Below are positions 23,646-27,416 of a stretch of DNA of 27,416 nt, piece after piece. How positions within the stretch are numbered: the stretch's first letter is position 1; each line of letters opens with the position of its first letter. The DNA comes from Planctomycetota bacterium (lineage in GTDB: Bacteria > Planctomycetota > Phycisphaerae > Phycisphaerales > SM1A02), in NCBI GenBank assembly GCA_046047335.1, contig JBJOIF010000166.1, positions 1 to 27,416 of the forward strand, written 5' to 3'. A program made the translations under genes and the position numbers. The notes beneath the pieces are model-generated. The model had not been told where the DNA came from. It did not search any database and saw nothing but the letters and a program-made list of their open reading frames with translations.

Positions 23646-25133
23646 ATGCGCATCCCGGCCGGCATCCACGCTCGGGCCACGCTGGCGGCGCTCGCCGCGG
23701 CCGCCGCGGTGGGCCACGGGGTGGCGCTTGCGGATGCTCGGCGCGACGACCCCGCCCCTGCGCAAGCCCGGCCAGCCGCCGCGAGCAGCAACCCACGCGA
23801 GACCGGCACCGCCGACGGACCACCCGCGCCCGTCACCGCTTCCGACGCGGCCCGACGCACCGCCGAGGCGGCACATGCCGAACTGCTGCGCGAGTTGGTG
23901 CCCCCTTCCCTCGATGCGGAAGGAATCGCCGCGATCGCGCGATCGCTTGGACTGGATGCTCGCACCGCCGAGGCCGTCGAGCACCATGCTGCCGCCTATC
24001 GCACGGCCGTGACCCGCGCCGAGGAGCAGGCCACCGCCGTGGTGCGCGCGCGCCTGGGGTCGGGCTGGCGCACGGTCCCGGGTACGGGCGCCCAGCAGCC
24101 GGTGGCGGGGCCGGAGTTGGCGGCGGCCCTTGCGGAGGCCGCGGCGTGGCGCCGGACGCTCTCGGCCGCCGATTCCCAGCTGATCCAGCGCCTGGCGGGC
24201 GTTCGGCTCGAAGTCGGTCCCGAAGGTCCGGGGCTCGTTCTCTATCGGCGCACGGTGTCGCGCGACGGACTGCCGATCGACGACCCGATGGCGGGTCTCC
24301 GCCTGACCGACCTTCTCGACCTGGCCGCCCCGGAACCAACCGATCGCGCCGCCGTGGCCGCGGCCCTGGAGCCGCAATGGGCACGAGCGGCCGCACTCGC
24401 GGCGACTCGCCGCGCCGAGGCCGACGCCGAGGCCGCCGAGCGCGAGGCGCGTCGTGCATCGTGGGGTGCCGACTGGGAACTCACCGCGCCCGAGGCGCTG
24501 GTGCGCAGCAGAGGCGAGGAGCTGGCCGCGTTGGCGCGCCGCACGCGGCAGGCCGAGTCCGCGCTGGGCATCGGTAACCGCGAGGCGGTGGCCGCCATGC
24601 TGCGCGTGCTCGCCATGCCGGCCGCGGATCGCGTGCGCGAGGCCGTGGATGCGGCCGTCTGGCCGGAACTCTGGGCACCGGAGCGGGCCTTCGAGTCCGC
24701 GGTCGAACGCGCGACGGCGGCCGCGGCCGACCCTGCCCTCCACGAGACGCTCGCGAGCGTCCGTGGTGACCTGCTCTTGCGACTCTCGTCCACGCGGCGC
24801 GAGACCGTCCTCCGAGCCGAACGCGCCGAACGCACGGCGGCCGCGACCGATGCCGATGAACGCGCGGGCACCACCGCCGATCGACTCCTCGCCGAGCGCG
24901 CGCTCGAGGACATGCTCCAGCGTCGCCGCCGCCTGGTGCGCGCGGCGGTGCTGCGCGTGCAGCAATACTGTGCGGGTCACCCCGATGCCGCGCGCCACGC
25001 CGCGGCGGCGCTCGCCGCCATCGACTCCATCGACCGTGCCGCCGGCTGGCGCATCCAGGGAATCGACGACCGCCTCGCGGAGCTCGGCCAGCCCGCCCCG
25101 GCCGAGGACGCCCGAACCGCCCCCTCGCCCTGA
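23646..25133 (+). CDS. Secreted, largely alpha-helical hypothetical protein, 495 aa
   Basis: MRIPAGIHARATLAALAAAAAVGHGVALA/D signal peptide, a Pro/Ala linker, then an Ala/Arg/Glu-rich helical body. Start moved from the track's 23367 to ATG 23646. Confidence 0.7.
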   Translation: MRIPAGIHARATLAALAAAAAVGHGVALADARRDDPAPAQARPAAASSNPRETGTADGPPAPVTASDAARRTAEAAHAELLRELVPPSLDAEGIAAIARSLGLDARTAEAVEHHAAAYRTAVTRAEEQATAVVRARLGSGWRTVPGTGAQQPVAGPELAAALAEAAAWRRTLSAADSQLIQRLAGVRLEVGPEGPGLVLYRRTVSRDGLPIDDPMAGLRLTDLLDLAAPEPTDRAAVAAALEPQWARAAALAATRRAEADAEAAEREARRASWGADWELTAPEALVRSRGEELAALARRTRQAESALGIGNREAVAAMLRVLAMPAADRVREAVDAAVWPELWAPERAFESAVERATAAAADPALHETLASVRGDLLLRLSSTRRETVLRAERAERTAAATDADERAGTTADRLLAERALEDMLQRRRRLVRAAVLRVQQYCAGHPDAARHAAAALAAIDSIDRAAGWRIQGIDDRLAELGQPAPAEDARTAPSP

Positions 25134-25167
25134 TCGCGAAACGCCGGGCTCCCACCGACGCCGCGCG

Positions 25168-25890
25168 TCAGTTCCAGCTCTGGCCCTTCGGCCACCCGTC
25201 GCTGCCCTGGCGCTCGGCCAGCGCCACCAGCCGCTCGAGTTCCAGGAGCGCCTCGCGCACGAGGCACGCGCGCCGGCACGGATCGGGCTCCGAGAGCAGC
25301 GCGTACCTCCGGTCGGGATCGCGGATCATCGCGTGCGAGGCCATCCCCAGGGCCGCGCACGACGGCACGGACCCGTCGAAGAGCGCGCGCACTGGCGCAA
25401 CCGCCGACCACCTCGACATGCGTGGGCGTTCCAGGATCGATCCCACCACGCCGCATGCCCGCCGCACCCGAGACTCCGCGCGACGGACGTCGGGCACGGG
25501 TTCGAGCATCGCCATCCGATACGGGCGGCTGACCGTGGGCTCCACCATGCGCACGATCTGCGCCCGCGCGACGCCGTGCAGCACGATGTCGTGCCGACCG
25601 TCCGGCAGGGGCACGTGCCGCACGATCCGACCCACGCACACCATGGGCCGAAGCGGCGGCGTGCCCGCGTAGTCGGTGCGCCAGTCGTCACCCTCGAAGG
25701 CGGCCATGGCCACCGGAGCCGACTCCGAGAGCGGCGCCGACTCGGCATCGCCGAGCGCATCGCGCACCATGCGGCGGTAGCGCTGCTCGAAGACGTGCAG
25801 CGGCTGCAGCGCGTGCGGCAGCAGCGAGACCGAAGGAAGCGGAAAGACCGCCACCGGGTTCGACCAGTCGATGTCCGTCGGTTCGCGCAC
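25168..25890 (-). CDS. Stand-alone LON peptidase substrate-binding (N-terminal) domain protein, 240 aa
   Basis: VAVFPLPSVSLLPHALQPLHVFEQRYRRMVRDAL, CVGRIVRHVPLPDGRHDIVLHGVARAQI, PYR.A.LE, LL.EPDP..RA..V. No AAA+ or Ser-Lys protease domain. GTG start at 25890. Confidence 0.9.
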   Translation of the reverse strand: MREPTDIDWSNPVAVFPLPSVSLLPHALQPLHVFEQRYRRMVRDALGDAESAPLSESAPVAMAAFEGDDWRTDYAGTPPLRPMVCVGRIVRHVPLPDGRHDIVLHGVARAQIVRMVEPTVSRPYRMAMLEPVPDVRRAESRVRRACGVVGSILERPRMSRWSAVAPVRALFDGSVPSCAALGMASHAMIRDPDRRYALLSEPDPCRRACLVREALLELERLVALAERQGSDGWPKGQSWN

Positions 25891-25898
25891 TCGCCTCA

Positions 25899-25904
25899 AT
25901 CGTA
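25899..25904 (-). promoter_or_regulatory. -10 box TACGAT upstream of the LON N-domain gene
   Basis: TACGAT-tgaggcga-GTG(25890), 8-nt spacer. Confidence 0.55.
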
Positions 25905-25940
25905 GGCGCGGTGGGCGAGCCCCGGCCCCAGCCCTCCCCC

Positions 25941-27416
25941 TCAGGGATTGCGCGTGCGCAGTTCCGGGGCAGAGACACCGTCCTCGCGGCGGGCGTCGCG
26001 GCGGCGCTGGACGACCTCGCGCCAGGCGGACACCAGGCCGGTTCGCTGCAGCGATGCCACGGCGGTGCTTCCCGAGAGGTCGCACTCGGCGGCGGGCACC
26101 GTGCCGTCGGAAAGCACCTTCATGCGCCGCCACAGCTCGCGGCGCTGGCTCCGCAGCGGATTCGACCCGTCGGCCAGGCGGTCGGGGTGGGCGTCGCCGC
26201 CGCCGTCGTCGCCGAGGAAGCTGCCGGGAGGTTGCTCCAGCGTGGCGGTCCCCAGGTGCCCCCACTCCTGCCAGAATGCCGCCAGGTCCGCCACCGTGGC
26301 CGAGCGCCGCTGCATGCGCGGCACCACGAAGGGAAGCCCGAACAGCTCGCGATCGGCTCCGGCCGGGGCATGGCGCAGGTCGAGCAGCCGACGCACGTTG
26401 GTCACCGCCTCGTCGTACCGATCGAACCCCATCATCTCGCGGTAGGTGTGCGCGCACGCGGCGTGCAGTTCGACGCTGACCACGTCGACGCCCGCCTCGG
26501 CCAGCCGCTCGATGTCGGCGGCGCCGGCCAGCAGCTCGGTGCGCACGTGCACGGCACGGGCCCCGGCCTGCCGGGCCATGCGGACGAACTCCGGAAGCTC
26601 CGGGTGCCGCAGCGGGTCGCCGAGGCCCGCGAACGTCACGACCACGTCGCGCGCCGCACCCACCTGCCCCAGGATCCGTTCCAGGAGCGCGCGCGTCAGC
26701 GGGGTCCGCTGGACCGTGCCGTACCGATGCGGGCTGGCGACGCCGTTGGCGAATCGCCCCGTGCATGCCTCGATCACCAGGTGCTGCGGAGCGAACGTCG
26801 GCGGCGCCGCGTACTGGCGCTCCAACGCTGGGATGACCTCGGCCCAGCCCGGCTGCGGACCAGCATGCTCAGGCAGGATCGGCTCGATGCCCCGGCGCAT
26901 CCGGAGCTTGGCGCGCGGCGAGTCGAACACGGCGCGCACCGTGGCGATCCGCGCGGCGAACGGCGCGTGCACCACCCAGCGCGGGGCGCCGCGCAGGTCG
27001 TAGTTCCATCGCCCGCGAAGCCCGGCCATCGCGCCGACCGTGGCACCCGGTCCGCGTTCGGCCAGGAAGCGCGCGGCCTCGAGCCCCACGCAGCACGGCG
27101 ACAGCCCCGGCGGCCCGTCCCCGAACACCACCCCGCGCCGACCGATCGCGTCGAACCGGGCCGCCACGTCCACGATGCCGGCGCCGCCGTCCACCAGCAC
27201 CATCGGCCAGTCCGCACCGACCACCAGCGCCCCGTCGAGCCGGCGCGCTTCCAGCAACGCCGCCAGCGCGCGGGGCGCGATCATCTCGTCGAAGACGGTC
27301 GTTCCGCCGATGCCACCGCCCCACGCGGAATCGGCCCAAAGCCTGCTCACGGCGATGGCGTGCGCCACCGGGCCGGCGAGCGGTGCGGTGGCCTGCTCCA
27401 CTTCCACCGGCACGCG
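25941..27416 (-). CDS. Degenerate radical-SAM/SPASM protein with N-terminal cytidylyltransferase-like region (spiro-SPASM-like architecture), 5'-truncated by window edge
   Basis: Frame stays open past 27416. GADWPMVLVD is nucleotidyltransferase-like (DxP). PQHLVIEACTGR...TFAGLGDPLRHP...VHVRTELL...VDVVSVELHA...YREMMGFDRYDEAVTNV follows the radical-SAM barrel pattern but has no CxxxCxxC. LWRRMKVLSDGTVPAAECDLSG...VASL follows the SPASM pattern. Confidence 0.75.
   Translation of the reverse strand, partial: RVPVEVEQATAPLAGPVAHAIAVSRLWADSAWGGGIGGTTVFDEMIAPRALAALLEARRLDGALVVGADWPMVLVDGGAGIVDVAARFDAIGRRGVVFGDGPPGLSPCCVGLEAARFLAERGPGATVGAMAGLRGRWNYDLRGAPRWVVHAPFAARIATVRAVFDSPRAKLRMRRGIEPILPEHAGPQPGWAEVIPALERQYAAPPTFAPQHLVIEACTGRFANGVASPHRYGTVQRTPLTRALLERILGQVGAARDVVVTFAGLGDPLRHPELPEFVRMARQAGARAVHVRTELLAGAADIERLAEAGVDVVSVELHAACAHTYREMMGFDRYDEAVTNVRRLLDLRHAPAGADRELFGLPFVVPRMQRRSATVADLAAFWQEWGHLGTATLEQPPGSFLGDDGGGDAHPDRLADGSNPLRSQRRELWRRMKVLSDGTVPAAECDLSGSTAVASLQRTGLVSAWREVVQRRRDARREDGVSAPELRTRNP

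Noticed and set aside
25941-27416. Calling the Cys-less radical-SAM/SPASM gene a pseudogene
   Set aside because: The frame is open for more than 490 codons with normal codon bias and retained structural motifs; loss looks restricted to metal ligands.
1-27416. CRISPR arrays, tRNA/rRNA genes, IS elements, integrases, prophage genes or a low-GC island
   Set aside because: None seen; spacers are nearly all under 90 bp, composition is uniform except the 83-bp hrpB-folC spacer, and no regularly spaced repeats or transposase/recombinase motifs were found.

Overview
High-GC (roughly 70-75% by eye), densely coding core-genome window with no RNA genes, CRISPR array or mobile element that I can see. 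Gene content points to Planctomycetota, probably Phycisphaerae (inference from a prepilin with H-X9-DG-like tail, a very large LptD-like protein and the ribH-nusB-ftsY order). Order: [PilZ/YcgR-like (runs off the left edge) <- TgpA-like transglutaminase <- DUF58 <- lipoprotein <- DUF2007-like <- DUF4026/DUF2314-like] | leuS -> | <- folC (with ~98-aa basic histone-H1-like tail) | <- hrpB <- membrane-anchored hypothetical <- orphan prepilin | <- ftsY <- nusB <- ribH | UbiA-family prenyltransferase -> LptD-like -> | <- ruvB <- lemA <- EVE | secreted helical protein -> | <- stand-alone LON N-domain <- degenerate radical-SAM/SPASM protein (start lies beyond the right edge). Most notable: (1) a spiro-SPASM-like three-domain protein that has lost its canonical Fe-S cysteines; (2) nine genes with a TANNNT box 6-9 nt before the start codon, implying pervasive leaderless transcripts, including two overlapping back-to-back -10 boxes in a 24-bp gap; (3) the FolC basic tail; (4) a CAAGTC-N13-GACTTG palindrome in the only AT-rich spacer; (5) a DUF58-transglutaminase module without adjacent MoxR; (6) a pilin-partner-HrpB coupled operon. 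All family assignments come from motif recognition by eye; no searches were run. Most other long ORFs in the supplied track are high-GC shadow frames.
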